From Orbicella franksi (Eukaryota), in contig OZ116700.1 of NCBI GenBank assembly GCA_964199315.1, positions 34,410,001 through 34,474,000 of the forward strand: a DNA stretch of 64,000 nt, given 5' to 3'. Shown piece by piece: positions 1 to 18,978 of the stretch (its first letter is position 1; every line of letters begins with the position of its first letter). The position numbers and the translations under genes are program-made. The notes beneath the pieces are model-generated. The model made no database searches. It saw only the letters and a program-made list of their open reading frames with translations, and was not told where the DNA came from.

Positions 1-222
1 AGTTTTGTCATGTGACCCCATCTGCAAAGGGCCTATTGACTAGTTATCAGTTACACATGACAATCAATTGATACGTTGTAACCAAGCAACAGCTAGACAG
101 ATCTAGATACTGCATAGATCTCTGTAGAGCCACATCATCAGTACCAATATATTTGGAATTCTTCAGAAAATCATACTAATTGTATTTTATTCAGCTGTCT
201 AATATGCTTCATAATATTGTAG

Positions 223-3200
223 ATGCTTCTGAAACATATGACAATGCAAAGCAGCTACAGGTACAAAGAATATTTTTCACGGAAATCAAACAAAATGAGA
301 GCCTTACTGAGGTGGAATCTAAACAAAATGACAACTGCCCTGCGACGGAAGGCAAAGAAAATGATAAAGTTTCACTGGTGCAAACCCAAGAAGATGATGA
401 CTATATTACGACAGAAACCAAACTAAATGAGGATTGTCCTACACTCAAAACCAAACTGGATGACAGCTTTTCTAGGATCAAACAAAATGAGAACTCTCCT
501 AAAGACCAGGCAAATAAAAGGAATACAAAGAAATTATGTAAAGCCAAGAAAACTACTAAGAAAAGGAGAAACTTAGTGAAAAAATCTCCAGGAATGACTG
601 GTATATTTTCAAGACTTGTTGGGATGCATGGATGTAAGAAACACCAAGGTAATAAGCACGGTATATATGTAGCCATTGTGGTTAACAAAAGAAGATATTA
701 AATAGAGTAGAGAGGCATTGCAAAATGGAACAATTTTTTTGAATGTTACATAACAGTTTAATCCTCTTTGTTACCTCAAGATAAAATAAAGAAAATAAAT
801 ATCTTAACAGACCAGTTTCAAGTTAACTGAGACCAATAGTGACCTGTAAAATTATTTTACTGTTTTCCTGTTTTTGTGACTGTATATGTAATGTCTAATA
901 CTTTCTCTTATCAAATATATAAAATAGTGCTAAATGTTACTTTACAGCAAAAGTACTAAAAGTACTCATGGTCAAATTCTTTTTTACTTCTAGGTCAGCT
1001 ACCAAATTCAAAACAGGCCAAGCCTAAGACCAGTTCACAACAGTCAAAAGACAATTCAAGCAAGTACCTCAGCATACAGAAACTATGTGCAACTTATGCT
1101 CCAAAGAAAACTGACAACAAGAGTAATGCAGCTATTCTTTTACCTCGGGTGTCTAACACCAGTTTAACAACAGACAATAACTCTAGTCGTGTACATAGTA
1201 CACCTTCTTCTCCAAGAAAACATCAGCAAGAACTGGAGTTAAATGTTTCTGTAATTTCTCCACGGTCATCACTGTCACAGAAATTATTGAACTCTGATGA
1301 TGAAAAAGTGAAGAAAGTTTATCTCTCTGATGCACATTCTGGAATGATGACAGGAGTACCATGTGCTCCTCCATGCACACCTACAGTTGGTATGTAGTCA
1401 ATGAACTTTTGGTTCCCTTATCAAGTGTGATAACTGGAGCTGCAGTCTCATTTTCTTGGGGTGGCAAATATATACATCTACAAAGGTCAAGTTGATAAAA
1501 TCTCAAGATTACACACCAGTGGAAAAAACTGTTCAAAAAGTTAAAAACACTAACTGAATCTAAAAACATTATTTTAAAAAAACATTGACAGATTAGAATT
1601 TAAATGATAATCTAAAGAATTAGACTAAGAGGTTGAAACGTTCTCCATGGGGTTGCAGTTCCAGCCGGTGATGGTTCTTGGAAAATATGAATACTTAAAA
1701 ATGTTGTTCTTAGCATATGGTATTTGACATTCTTAGCAGATGGTGCTTAGAAGATCGTTGGTCTAATGATGACAATATTTTCTGTTTTTTGTAATATATG
1801 AATTTGTATTATGCCTTGGAAGTCTGTCCTTAATAAATATCAATTGACTAGTTCTTTCCTGGTGTTTGTTGTTATTTTCTTGACTCTAGATGAACTGAAG
1901 AAAGTTGAATACATCCCTTCATTAACAGATGTCAAGGTACACATGCAAAAAATTTTCCACTGCCTTTTACATAAAAAAATGTCATATTCTTATTTTTAGC
2001 TTTAAAATCGAAGGTTCATTTTCTACCATTCAGTAAGATCTTACTTGATTATATTAATTGTGTTATGTTTCATTACAGAGCCAAAGAGCTGTTAAAGCAA
2101 GGCTTGTTACATTGGGTAAACTGGCACTTTCTAGGAAGCACAATAGGGATCTGGTCTCAGCTACAAAAATTGTAGAAAAAATTGGATCACAACTAAGAAG
2201 TTTCTTTCCCTGAAACGTTACTTGTACTTCATAATTGATAATGAGAAACATTTATGCATTGCCACTGATCAGAGAAACATTTTAGCCAAAAGAAATTTCA
2301 GCTTGTTGCTTAGATGTAAGGTAACTAGCAGCACTAAATTGTCTATGGTTCAATGAAATACATGCATGTTTGTAATATTACAAAATAATGAGGTATGCCT
2401 TTGTGTACATGATTTTTTAGTTTGGTATCAACGTAGTATTAACTTAATCATCACTTTTTACTGGTCTAGGAAATAAAATTAGAGCTGACGAACAGAAAAA
2501 GAAGGAAAAAGCTGCAAAAGAGGAACAGAAAAGAGCTTATGGTGCTATTTTACAGCTTAAACAAAGACAGCGAGCTGAGGTACCATCATGTTATAATAAA
2601 CTTTACTCCAAAGTGGATTAAATAGTTTGAAATTATTGATCTTATGGGTTCTGAATAATTCTTTTGAATAAAGCCATTGGATGTACAGCAGCAATTTGTC
2701 AAACTGCTGATGGCACTGCAATATTTCTTTTTGGTTTGATGTTGACTTTAATCATGTGACCCAATTTTCCAAAAGATGAGTCCGTTGGTGATGAATTTGG
2801 AAAATCTATCCAAAGCAAGCTCAAAAGCGCCAGGAATTTGGCAAAATTAGGATTTTAGGTTTTTTTGTTAAACCATTGACTCCTGTGCTGGCCTTAACCG
2901 GCCGTGACGAGCCTTGGCCTTTCTTCCACTTCTGTCGTCATCACCTTTGACCAAAATTGGCATAATCCATGCTCACTTCTGCAGGAGGAAAAGATCTTTC
3001 CAATGATACCCAGATCAGAGTGTTCAGCCCAATGGAGCCTGAGATATGCACAAAAATGTTCAAAAAGTTGAGTGAAAAGCTCAGAGCAAAATTCCCTGCA
3101 ACTACACGTGGCTACTCCATGGCCAAAACAGAGATTTAAACCCCTTTTGAAGGAAAATAGGGAGACTCTTTTAGTGCCAAAGGCGGCAGCCTCTAGGGGG

Positions 3201-3903
3201 GTCCGGGGCCATGCTCACCAGGAAATTTTGCAAATTTAGATTTTCTTAAATGCCTTTTCCTGCATTTTGGAGCTGCTAAATAGAGTAAGACTGCTGGCCT
3301 GATGAGTCTGCACAACACATGGCGAGAGACTGGGTGAGATGATATGAGAAGAAAGTGTAATACATTGCAAAAAAATACTTAAGATTAGCATTTTTCCCCT
3401 TGTTTTCACAATTTTATTATAAATCAGGAGAATTTGATAAGAATCGGGAGACACATCAGATCGGGAGTCTCCCAATCAAATTGGGAGGGTTGGAATCTCT
3501 GCCAAAATTGCCCATCTCAATGATGCTTTCTCAGAATGTTTTAAACTGGAAGCAAGCCCAGTTGAGGGTCAATCACTGCAGCAAAAATTTTGATTTCTGC
3601 GCATACCCAAGCAAAAATGTCGTAATAAGCGATGCTAGTGGAAAGAAAGGCATGCTGTCATGTTGCAAATGCCTTTTTGAGTAGATTGGAGCTAATTTGG
3701 CCCATATCCAGCCTGAAAATCTCCAAAATGTCCAAAAGATGTGTTTTTGGCAAAAAGCTCCAGGAGTCAATGGGTTGATGTTGACTAATTCTGGTCATCT
3801 GCTTCCACAGATTTATGCTCTGAACAAGGTGATGACAGATCTGGAGAATGAGAACTTTAGAAAATTCATGGAAGAACATTCAGCTGAAACACTTCCTGTG
3901 TAG
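223..3903 (+). CDS. 5'-partial uncharacterised low-complexity protein (>=368 aa) ending in a small vasohibin-binding protein (SVBP/CCDC23)-like motif
   Basis: Frame-consistent GT-AG exons 223-648, 994-1389, 1890-1936, 2079-2115, 2470-2579, 3811-3903 (phases 1,1,0,1,0). Spliced C-terminus ...[42 protein letters not shown] matches remembered human SVBP [20 protein letters not shown] at 18/20. Start codon not found in the window. Confidence 0.8.
2872..3774. mobile_element. piggyBac-like non-autonomous element with nested repeat fragments, in the last intron of the SVBP-motif gene
   Basis: Left TTAA|ACCATTGACTCCTG (2868-2885) and right CAGGAGTCAATGGG|TTGA (3761-3778) form a terminal inverted repeat with TTAA-like flanks; no transposase ORF. 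Confidence 0.6.
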
Positions 3904-5141
3904 TGATCAGTAACTTTCAGTTCTCTGTTTGTCCAGCATGCTAACTGCTCTTCTGTCTCATCCACTAATTCTTCATCATAAAAAAACAATTTTAAATTTA
4001 ACAGGTAGAATGACAAAGTTAAAACAAACTATTATAACAAAATATAATTGTTGAACATTACCTTTTCTTAATAATATTAATCCTGTTACATCTTCCTGAA
4101 GGACTTTGTTTTAGATGTGCTTGCCTACTAGATGTTCTGACTTATAAACAAGTCTCTCTCAAGGTTTACCTCACAGTAACTTTTGTTGACGATGTTTTCT
4201 TTTTTTCTACTTCACCCACATATTAGTTACTGACATTTTGTTGCATATGTAATGTCCACTGTCTGACCAAAATGAGACATGAAGATCAAACACTTAACCT
4301 CACTACTGCATAAACCTCCATCAAAAAAAAAAAAAAGAAAAAACTTTAATTAGTAAGTTTTAAAATTATGGTACAAAACCATAAATTTGTCACAACTGGA
4401 AGATCTTTATATAGCAAGGGAGATAATGTTAGTGTGATGACTGAAACAGATATTTTCAAGAACAAGTAGGTAGTTATATACTCTTGGGAAGTGCTTTCTA
4501 ATGAAAAAAAAATCAAGAAACTAATTTTTGTTTTCAGGTACATGGCTATAAAATTTTGGGTACTTAAATGCAAGGTAGCTAGGATTTGGTTATCAAATGA
4601 GTAATATTTTGGATGTTGACTGCTCTACATGTAACCTGGTCATCTTGACTGATATTTAATAGCAATTATTTCTAGAATTTTACAATATTGTTGCACAGAT
4701 CTCTGAAAATATGGCAACTGAAACAAAGTACAGAGTGTCGCGCTTAATTAAACTCTGAAATATTTAGTAAAGAGATCTATTTTTTATATTTATAATAGAT
4801 ATTTATATGGTATGAAATACAAACATAGTAGACGCTTTCTCAAGAATGAAAGTTAGGTATTTACAGTGTTATTTAGCATATGTTTTACTGAAGAGGTCAA
4901 GAAAGCACATCATCATGCATGTACTGTACATGTAATGTTTATATATATATGCATTTTTCAAACATTCTCAGGTCATTATATCAAAATAAAACACACAAAT
5001 GTATCAGATAATTTTTTTTTATTACAGTCCTTTGTGTTGGTCTAGAAAATACCCATTTCCCTCACACAGAAGGGTTTTTAGCGTGAACCCAACTCCCACC
5101 TCACTGAAAATTTCAGTATACTCTGCTTCATAGTTTCCATT

Positions 5142-5620
5142 CGGTCAGTATAAAACACAGACTGTGGACTGCAGACTGCAGACCAGGACGAAATGCAGAC
5201 TGAGGGTAAATTGCAGACTGCAGACTACAGACATTTTAAGTACCAGGTATATATATGTCGTGCTACTTCCATTATCGAGTCTGTGCTGACCGTAAACAGG
5301 GTTATTCAGGCTAATGGCAGTGAAAGTCTGCACTCTGGTTAGCCTGAATATCACTCTGGTTAGCCTAAATAATGCGCCGGTTGGTCTGTTACGTAAACTC
5401 TCAGTGATGGAAAAGGTAATGTGATTTAGTTCAAAAGTTTACAGTCTGCAGTCTGCATTTTACCCCTGGTCCACAGTCTGCATAATTTTTCCCCTGGTCT
5501 GATGTCTGCAATATGCATTTTACACTGACCGGTTGCCATTGCAGTCTGCAGTCTGCATTTTACACTGACCGGTTGCCACTGCAGTCCACAGTCTGCATTT
5601 TACACTGACTGGTTGCCATT
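5142..5620. mobile_element. MITE with (TGCAGAC)-rich inverted ends; right end tandemly repeated in 40-bp units
   Basis: CGGTCAGTATAAAACACAGACTG at 5142 is inverted to CAGTCTGCATTTTACACTGACCG; the right terminus recurs ending at 5531, 5571 and 5611. Confidence 0.7.
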
Positions 5621-6147
5621 AAATAGGTTGAAAGTCAGTCAGGATTCCAAACATTTACTGTTTGTGTTTGTTTGTCCCAGTCAAGATGGCGTCAATATTC
5701 AATGGTAATTTAGCTATTATCATTAATTTCTCTGCTGTCAGAATATAATTTGTCTGCTTGCTAATTAAATAATAAAGTTCATTTATAGCGCTCAGCAAAT
5801 CACTTTGTGGAGCCTGGATACTTTGACAATCATGGGAAAAAATTCCTTATCAACAATTAATATAAACACCAAACGAAAAAAAGAATACACAATTGGCAAA
5901 ATAAAAAGATGTTACACAACTGTTCAAATAGATTATGTACCTACATAGAAACACAACACCATTAATTTTATCAACTCAAGCAATATTTAAGTGGAAATGG
6001 CTCACCTGAATCATTTTATAACCCTATCAAATTCCAGCCATTTAACTTTGACTCGACATCGGGAAACCACATTTTTCAGCAGTGTTCAATATTTTATATT
6101 CCCGGGTAAATTTAGCCATTGCAGATGTTTTTCTAACACAGCATTCG

Positions 6148-6384
6148 ATTGGACAATTTTGAGCTATGCGACCTGGCGAAAGAAAATAAACCAATCACAG
6201 GATTGGTAATATAAGTTCTGGTCAACAGCCTCGCTTGCATGCCATCTACCAACGCCCCTGGGAGACGACCAAAATATTGCTTGGGTGTAAATCGTGGAAT
6301 TCGAAGAAATAGTGGAATAAAAACCGACTTTGCTGTGTTTTTCGCGTATGAAAGGTCGTCAAATTCCATAAGTGATAAGTAAGT
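6148..6384 (+). promoter_or_regulatory. Putative promoter and non-coding first exon of Cdc42 copy A
   Basis: ATTGG (6148) and CCAAT (6191) boxes, motif blocks shared with 14142-14410, GTAAGT donor at 6379-6384. Confidence 0.55.
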
Positions 6385-7184
6385 ATGTCATTTCTTGTTA
6401 TTAGTAAATCATCGCCGCTACCTGTGGTTTAAAATAAGACCGGCTTATGGCCATAGTGTTTGCGAAATGGTTGGCCGATCACAAATTTGTTTTTCTACAT
6501 ACACAGCTTGGGATATTTGGCTCTCTGCTTCTTCTGGTGATCGTAGTTTTTGTGTGAATTCGTAAGGGAGATGTTATTTCGGGAATCACTGTGAAGTGTA
6601 GATCGAGCTTGTTAATCGATGCTCCAGTATGCAGGACAAGAGAACAAATTAACTGGATATCTTGTTTCATAATTAACTGAGGTTACAAGTAGGCTTATAT
6701 TCGGTTTGTTAGGCCCTGTTTTACCGGCGCCTATTCAGTGATAAGGTTTCTATGCTGCTTTCATGTGTTGTCAAGTTGTACTGACATATCTATTTGGACA
6801 TGACTACCCTATTTTGGAAAATTAACTTGCCATTTTAGTTGGGGTATAAGAGGTGAGTTGTAGAGTTTCCCTAGCTCACAGTTGGCCAGAAGAAAATTCA
6901 TCGCTCATTTGGGTTATAGACCATACACCCCTCACTAATGGACATGCCATGATAACAGACTGTAGGTTGTCTTTTATGTAAGGTAGATGTCTATGTTTTG
7001 TAGGATTTTTTTTATAAGAATTTTGACGAAAAATCGAAACAAAATTGACAGCTGCCTATGTTTATGGAGCTTCCTGCTACTAATAAACAGTTTTATAAAT
7101 ATTTTAAAAGTCAGTCATTTCTTGAATGTTATAGACCTGACACTGGGATCCTAGAGGTAATAGCTGGTGCAATGAAATAAGAAA

Positions 7185-7457
7185 GGGATTGACCAATTGA
7201 TTGGACAATTGATTGCAATATTTGATGCAACATGTTGCAACTTAATATTGTTGGGCGCAACATGTTGCACGCGTTTGGCCACCTTGTTGCAATGTGTTGC
7301 AACATGTTCGGTGTTGTTGGCTCAAATTTAACCATTTTCAAACTTGAGCCTATACCCAACGTGTAGCAACAAGGTGGCCAAAGACATATGGCATGTTGTG
7401 CCCATAATGTTGTTGCAGTATGTTGTGGTGAAATGTTACAATCGTTTGGCCGGGACT
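7185..7457. mobile_element. Palindromic GCAAC/GTTGC-rich MITE (Harbinger-like by terminus); same family as 59119-59353
   Basis: Right end ATCGTTTGGCCGGGACT; internal GCAACATGTTGC palindromes shared with the 59.1-kb copy; left end degenerate. Confidence 0.65.
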
Positions 7458-7469
7458 TAATATTTCCCA

Positions 7470-8460
7470 TTATTATATGCTGTATCTCACAAGGACTGGG
7501 AACTACCAAATTGACGAATTTGATCGGCTGAAATCTACTTGACAGTGGTCTTGATTTTCCCATCTAGACCGCCGTCTAGACTGGTTACATTTTGCGGTGA
7601 AAAAGTTACAAACTAAAATACAAAAATATTGACTAATTTCCTCTAAAAATATCAGTGGAAGTGCCAAAAACCCCAATGAGAAAAGAAAAGTCGAGAGGAC
7701 GAGCAAACTTTGGCAGATTTAAGCTCAGCTCATCGCCGTTTGCAAGCAAAATGTCGGCTAGTACAAACCAGTTTCATTAAACAAATTAAATTTTTCTCGT
7801 TTTGCCGTATAATAAAAATTTTACTCAAAGATCGTAGTCAGTCTCTATAAGAGATTATTATATGGCTGTGTCTTACAAGGACTGAGAACTACCGAATGCA
7901 TGAATTTGATTGGCTGAAATCGATATTGACCGCGGTCTAGATTTTCCCATCTAGACCGGCGTCTAGCCAGACCGGTTTCATTTTGCGTTTACAAAGTAGC
8001 AAACTAAAATACAAAAATGTTCACCATTTTCTTTTATTTTCTTCTCAATCATTTATGGAAGTGCCAGAAAGCCTGATGACAAAAAAAGAAGTAAAGGGGA
8101 TGAGCAAATTTCGGGAGGTTTAAGTTAAGTTCATCGTCGTTTGAAAGCAAAATGTCAGCAAACCAGTTACATTAAACGAATTAAAGTTTTCTTCTTTGCC
8201 ATATAATAAACATCTTATTAACCGAGCTAAGTTGGTCTGTATGGGAGAATCTTGACCTCGGTCGTGTGTACAGACCTCACTGCGCTCGGTCTGTACTCAC
8301 GACCTCGGTCAAAATTCTCCCATACAGACCTCCTGCTTGGTTAATAGGAGCTAAATCTTGACCTTGGTCGTGTGTACAGACCTCACTGGGTTGGGTCTGT
8401 ACTCACAACCTCGGTCAAGATTCTCCCATACAGACCGCCTGCTCGGTTGATAAGAGCTAA
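7470..8460. repeat. Head-to-tail duplicated interspersed repeat (7470-~7815 and 7855-~8460) ending in a partly duplicated hairpin
   Basis: TTATTATATG..ACAAGGACTG..GATTTTCCCATCTAGACCG occurs twice. Hairpin arms GGTCTGTATGGGAGAATCTTGAC (8234-8256) and GTCAAAATTCTCCCATACAGACC (8308-8330); right part repeated at ~8356-8459. Confidence 0.75.
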
Positions 8461-8747
8461 ATATAATCATTAATGCACTTATGAGAATGTATTGCCTTGG
8501 TCAATGCATCACAGAACTCTGAGAAATGTGAACTTGAAGATAAAAAAATAATACACCAATCTCTCAGAATGACTCACATTTTGAGTGTGATGCAATATGC
8601 ATTCAACCATTAAATTTGTTGGTTTATTATAATTTGTTATAACTTTTCACTGCTTTTGAGAAGTTGCAAGGATTAGACTCTCAAATTTTAATGTGTGTTT
8701 TAAAAAGTTCTGATAACAGTTCATTTTATTTTATTTTTAGGGCATAA

Positions 8748-11512
<2,765 letters not shown>

Positions 11513-11833
11513 GAAATGGATAGCTCAGAGGGAATGAGATACGATATTAGACATTTTGCCACCTGGATTTAAAATTTCAGAGGTTTGGGATGTTTCCTAA
11601 ACATTACTGTAGAACAGGAATCTATGACATCTGAAACAATATACTTGCAGTAAAATGTATCATGCTTACTGCCACTCGGTGAAGTTCTTGATTAATCACT
11701 TTTGACATTTATAGTTCTTTACATATCCATAAGCTGATTAATAATGTGTGTTTTTGGCACTTTGATGGTCCTGGAAGTTTGCAAAACCAACAGGAAATTT
11801 TCAAAGGTTTTAAAAAGGTACCTCTGTTCTATC

Positions 11834-12203
11834 AGGGAACTTAAGCGAACCATGATGGCAATGGCAACAAAAATATCACCAAACAAAAGGTTTGATGAGC
11901 AGAATAATGGCTATGCACCTGCATTTTTAAATCTTCTTACATTTCATAGCTGTCCACTGCAAAGCAATAATTTGAAATGACCAAGTTTTGCGTATTTTGG
12001 AGAACGTGGGCCATGACAGCAAATTTTTGTCTTTTGTTTTGGAATTGATCGCCTACATTACATATTTAGTTTCAGCAGGTTTTCAGACTAATCAAGGGGT
12101 ACTGAGCAGATTCAGATAGTTACGAAATTCGAGAGTAAAATATCAATCCATTTCTTACTAGGCATTGTCCCTGGTGTCGCCATCATCATAGCTTAAGGTC
12201 TCT
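11834..12203. mobile_element. MITE with AGGGAACTTAAGC...GCTTAAGGTCTCT ends, downstream of the Cdc42-A stop
   Basis: Imperfect terminal inverted repeat; no ORF. Confidence 0.55.
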
Positions 12204-13129
12204 AATGTCAAGGAGGATGAGAAGGATGTTACTCGGAATTTAACAGTGGCTTCAGTCTGTTTTTCTATCCCATTATATATAACATTATTTTGTAAAGTGC
12301 ATTTTATTATAGTCTTGAGCGATTAAGTTTCCCAATTTGCTCTTGATTAGAAGTCTCATTTTGTTCAGTGAAACAACTGAAGGCAAACTACAAAGCAGCT
12401 GAACATGGCACCAACCTGACAAACTCATCCTCTATTTATCTAAATAATTGATAGTACCTTTACAAGGTAATTTTCACATGTTTTTTACAGTACATTGATC
12501 CGAGTCAAGGGCGTTTCCTGGCGAGGGGATGGATGGTAGAAATGACATTTTTATGAGCTCAGTAAAAAAATATATGTGTACCAATATGAGCTTCAATGAG
12601 ATCCATGGATGAATCAATGTGAAGACAGGCATCTTCAACTATCCGCTTAATTAAGTAAAAGTAAAGAATTTACGTTTATTTAGTATTTCTTCACCAGTTT
12701 TACATATCCTAATTGCCTCTTTTTGGAGCTGTGAAGAGGATGGTAAGACAGTGTAATACTGTCATATAGCAGCAATTTTTAACTTTTTAACACAGTTGCT
12801 TTATACGAAGAGTTCTGGATACCTATATTCAGTGACAGAAGAAAAAAAAAATAAATGAATAAAAACAGTTATAAGTATTTTTAAATGAAATTATATACAT
12901 AGAGTTTATTAATAGCATAACAAAATATCATAATGATATGTAAATTTTTAAATTAGGCCATTTTACATTTTTGTATCATATTTCGTAGTCTAAAGTACTG
13001 AGGGGTACAGAAATGATGCTAAAAGTTGATGATGAAGTTTTGAAATTTAAATGTGAAGTATATAAAGAAAATTGGTAATTTAACAAATAAATATTCTTTG
13101 TTTGGAGAGTTGATAGACTACTGTTAGTA

Positions 13130-13361
13130 CATTCTCATCCTCAGTGGCCACGCTCCGTTTGGTCAGCACCAAGAATCACGATCTTTGGGCTGGTCCAACA
13201 CTACATGCCCATAATTCATTGACTTCCCATCAAATCTGACAAATTTGATTGGCTGAGAATACGAAACGAATACTCTGCATATACTCAGAAAATCAGGTCT
13301 GGCCAGAGGTCGCAATTCCTGGTGCTGACCAAAAGGAGCATGGCCTAAGGGGACGAGAATG
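13130..13361. mobile_element. 232-bp MITE with long TIRs and a perfect 9-bp target-site duplication (Mutator-like)
   Basis: CTGTTAGTA at 13121-13129 and 13362-13370 flanks CATTCTCATCCTCAGTGGCC...GGCCTAAGGGGACGAGAATG; GGTCAGCACC/GGTGCTGACC lies within the TIRs. Confidence 0.85.
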
Positions 13362-14141
13362 CTGTTAGTAATGATCTGATTTAGCTTTTGGCATGGTGCT
13401 TTTGCATGGAAATTTTAGAGCTTAAATTTTGAAAAGGCGGGGGAGGTGCTAAATTGTATCCTAATTTACATAATATGTTGATAATATGAAGCCTGAGAAC
13501 TGACAGTTTTGTTGTCATGTGAGCTATATATATATATATAGGTATGTTAGGGGCATGGGTTACCTTTTGCCTCTATTTCAATGTCCTGATCTGATGTAAA
13601 TCTTTGACTCCAAAGCAGTGCAGAATTTTACAGTCACAACTTGTGGGCCATATATAGTTCATGTGTGGTGGAAGGCTGTGCAGCTAGTGTTGACTCCCTT
13701 TGGCTCTTGCAATACCTTCATGTGTCATTTCAGTAGCCAATTACATTTGTATGCACATTGGAGTTCCCAAACAAAGGAAATTTTTAATATTTCTCCTTTG
13801 GGAACAATGATTCATGTAATGTCCATCTGCAATGATTAATTTTTTTCAGTTTGAGAACAAGTTATATGGCTGTAAAAAAAAATCTTTTTATGGATCCCAG
13901 AATCAAGAACTCAGCCTTTTTGCAGTGTAAGCCCAGAGCAATAAAATCAGCAAAAACTTGTGACGATATTTTCCTATGAAAAAGGAAAAACTTCCATTTT
14001 GCCTTTTGGGCAGGGATCATAATTGATACACGCTCAGCTGCACAACAAAGATAAGGAAGTGAAGTAATCCAGACAAATTTCTTGCTTTATATTCTGTGGT
14101 AAATTTAGAAGTTGCAACACAGTTTTATAACGAAGATGACC

Positions 14142-14410
14142 ATTGGACAATTCCCAGCGATGCGACCTGGCCTTATTAAAGTGAACCAATGATATTACAC
14201 AACAGAATTCGCTCCATATAGCCTCGTTTCTATGAGCATCGCTACTCGAGGGCCCCCCGCCAATTCGTCAACCAACGCCCCTGGAAAGCCGGACATCTCG
14301 TTGCAAAAGTGGAATTCATGGAAAAAGCGGTAGTTATATAGTTTAGATACCCGCTCCTCTTACGACGTTTGTAGGGCATATAAGGCGTCAAAACGTAATA
14401 ACCGGTAAGT
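14142..14410 (+). promoter_or_regulatory. Putative promoter and non-coding first exon of Cdc42 copy B
   Basis: ATTGG (14142) and CCAAT (14186) boxes, blocks shared with 6148-6384, GTAAGT donor at 14405-14410. Confidence 0.55.
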
Positions 14411-15153
14411 GTTGCATTTCCCTAGTTGTATATCCTTCTCCATAACTATTTTTGCCCTGATAAATTCGTTCGCTTCGATTTTTCTCGCCATAGTCCGCCA
14501 TTTCTTGCGACATGAATGGCAACGATATTCTTTGATGATCTCACTCTTTCGCGAGGTTGCGAGAGATTGATCAACTCGGAGGAATTTTAGCAGCCAGAAA
14601 AAGATAGCTGTAGGGATGTTATGATGTGACAAATAGTGTAAGTATTGAAGTGGAGTATTCACCGTCCTTCATTCCATCGGAGTGGTATCGTCGACCTCTG
14701 CATTGAGATTCTGAAGTTGTGAAACTTTCATTCATTGTATTCAAACTTAATTTGAGCAACATTTTTGTGTCAGTACTGTAATAAGGCAGGCTAGTGACTG
14801 ACGAACATCTTCATTGAGAGTGAAGTTAATCCAGAGAAAGCACATTTTCTAGATAAGCTCAAACCTTCCTACACTCTAAGCGCATATTTTCTTCGCGGTT
14901 TGGTTCGTTCTCGGCCTATTCAAAATTCATGACTATATGACGAACAGGAGATCTCCGTTTTTGCGGCATACTACAGCGATACAACGACCCTTCATACTTC
15001 TCGAAGCGAACTTTTGCTGTCTTGGTTCATGTTTGTAAATCTATATCGAAATATGCCGGGGCAAGCGAGTAGTTTGTTGACGCCTGTCATACGAAGTCCT
15101 AATCATATCGAATTTTATACTTTCAGGTTTTCCACATTGGCCGAAGACCGTAA

Positions 15154-18370
<3,217 letters not shown>

Positions 18371-18978
18371 AGGACAGACTGTTAAATAATGAGGAAAGAA
18401 CACTTGCCATCTTGATTCAAATGGACAAGATTTTGATTCTCCACACACGAAAAATAGTACTTATTCAGATCTGGAATTTATCAAGTGTGGATCAAGTGTA
18501 CTAAAGAGAAAATAGCTGTATAGGATATTACTAGCAATTACTGGGAGGAATTCAGAAATAAGTTCTGTTTGCTAGAAAGTTTAAAGTAAAGGAAAAAGAA
18601 CACATCTTGAGCTCCCAAGGGACAATTCTTTGTCATATGAGGACAGTCTTGTGGCCAGGTTGAATCTTTCGCTCAACCTCATTCCTGCTTTACTAGCAAT
18701 GAAATACTGACAAAAAGTAAGTGCATGTAATTCAGAACTTTTGAACTTGTTAGGATATATTTTTGCATGGTTCAAAGGGGAAAATAATTTGAATAGCTAT
18801 TTGGATAGCAAGATCAAAAACCCCTAAAAGCCACAGACTTCTGGCCTCCTTGTACATTTGTGTAAACAGTCATTTCTTCTTAAAATATATTGAAATTATA
18901 GAGGAATGGAAAATGTTACTTTGACTGCAATATTAATTTCTAGAACACTATTTGTAGCCACTATGTGTGACCAGTTTT

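Noticed and set aside
5532-8460. CRISPR-like arrays from regularly spaced repeats
   Set aside because: Eukaryotic context, no unique spacers and no cas genes; these are tandem MITE ends.
12370-12650. Exon-like stretch with GT...AG signals between the Cdc42 copies
   Set aside because: The implied intron is only ~24 nt and all frames close quickly.
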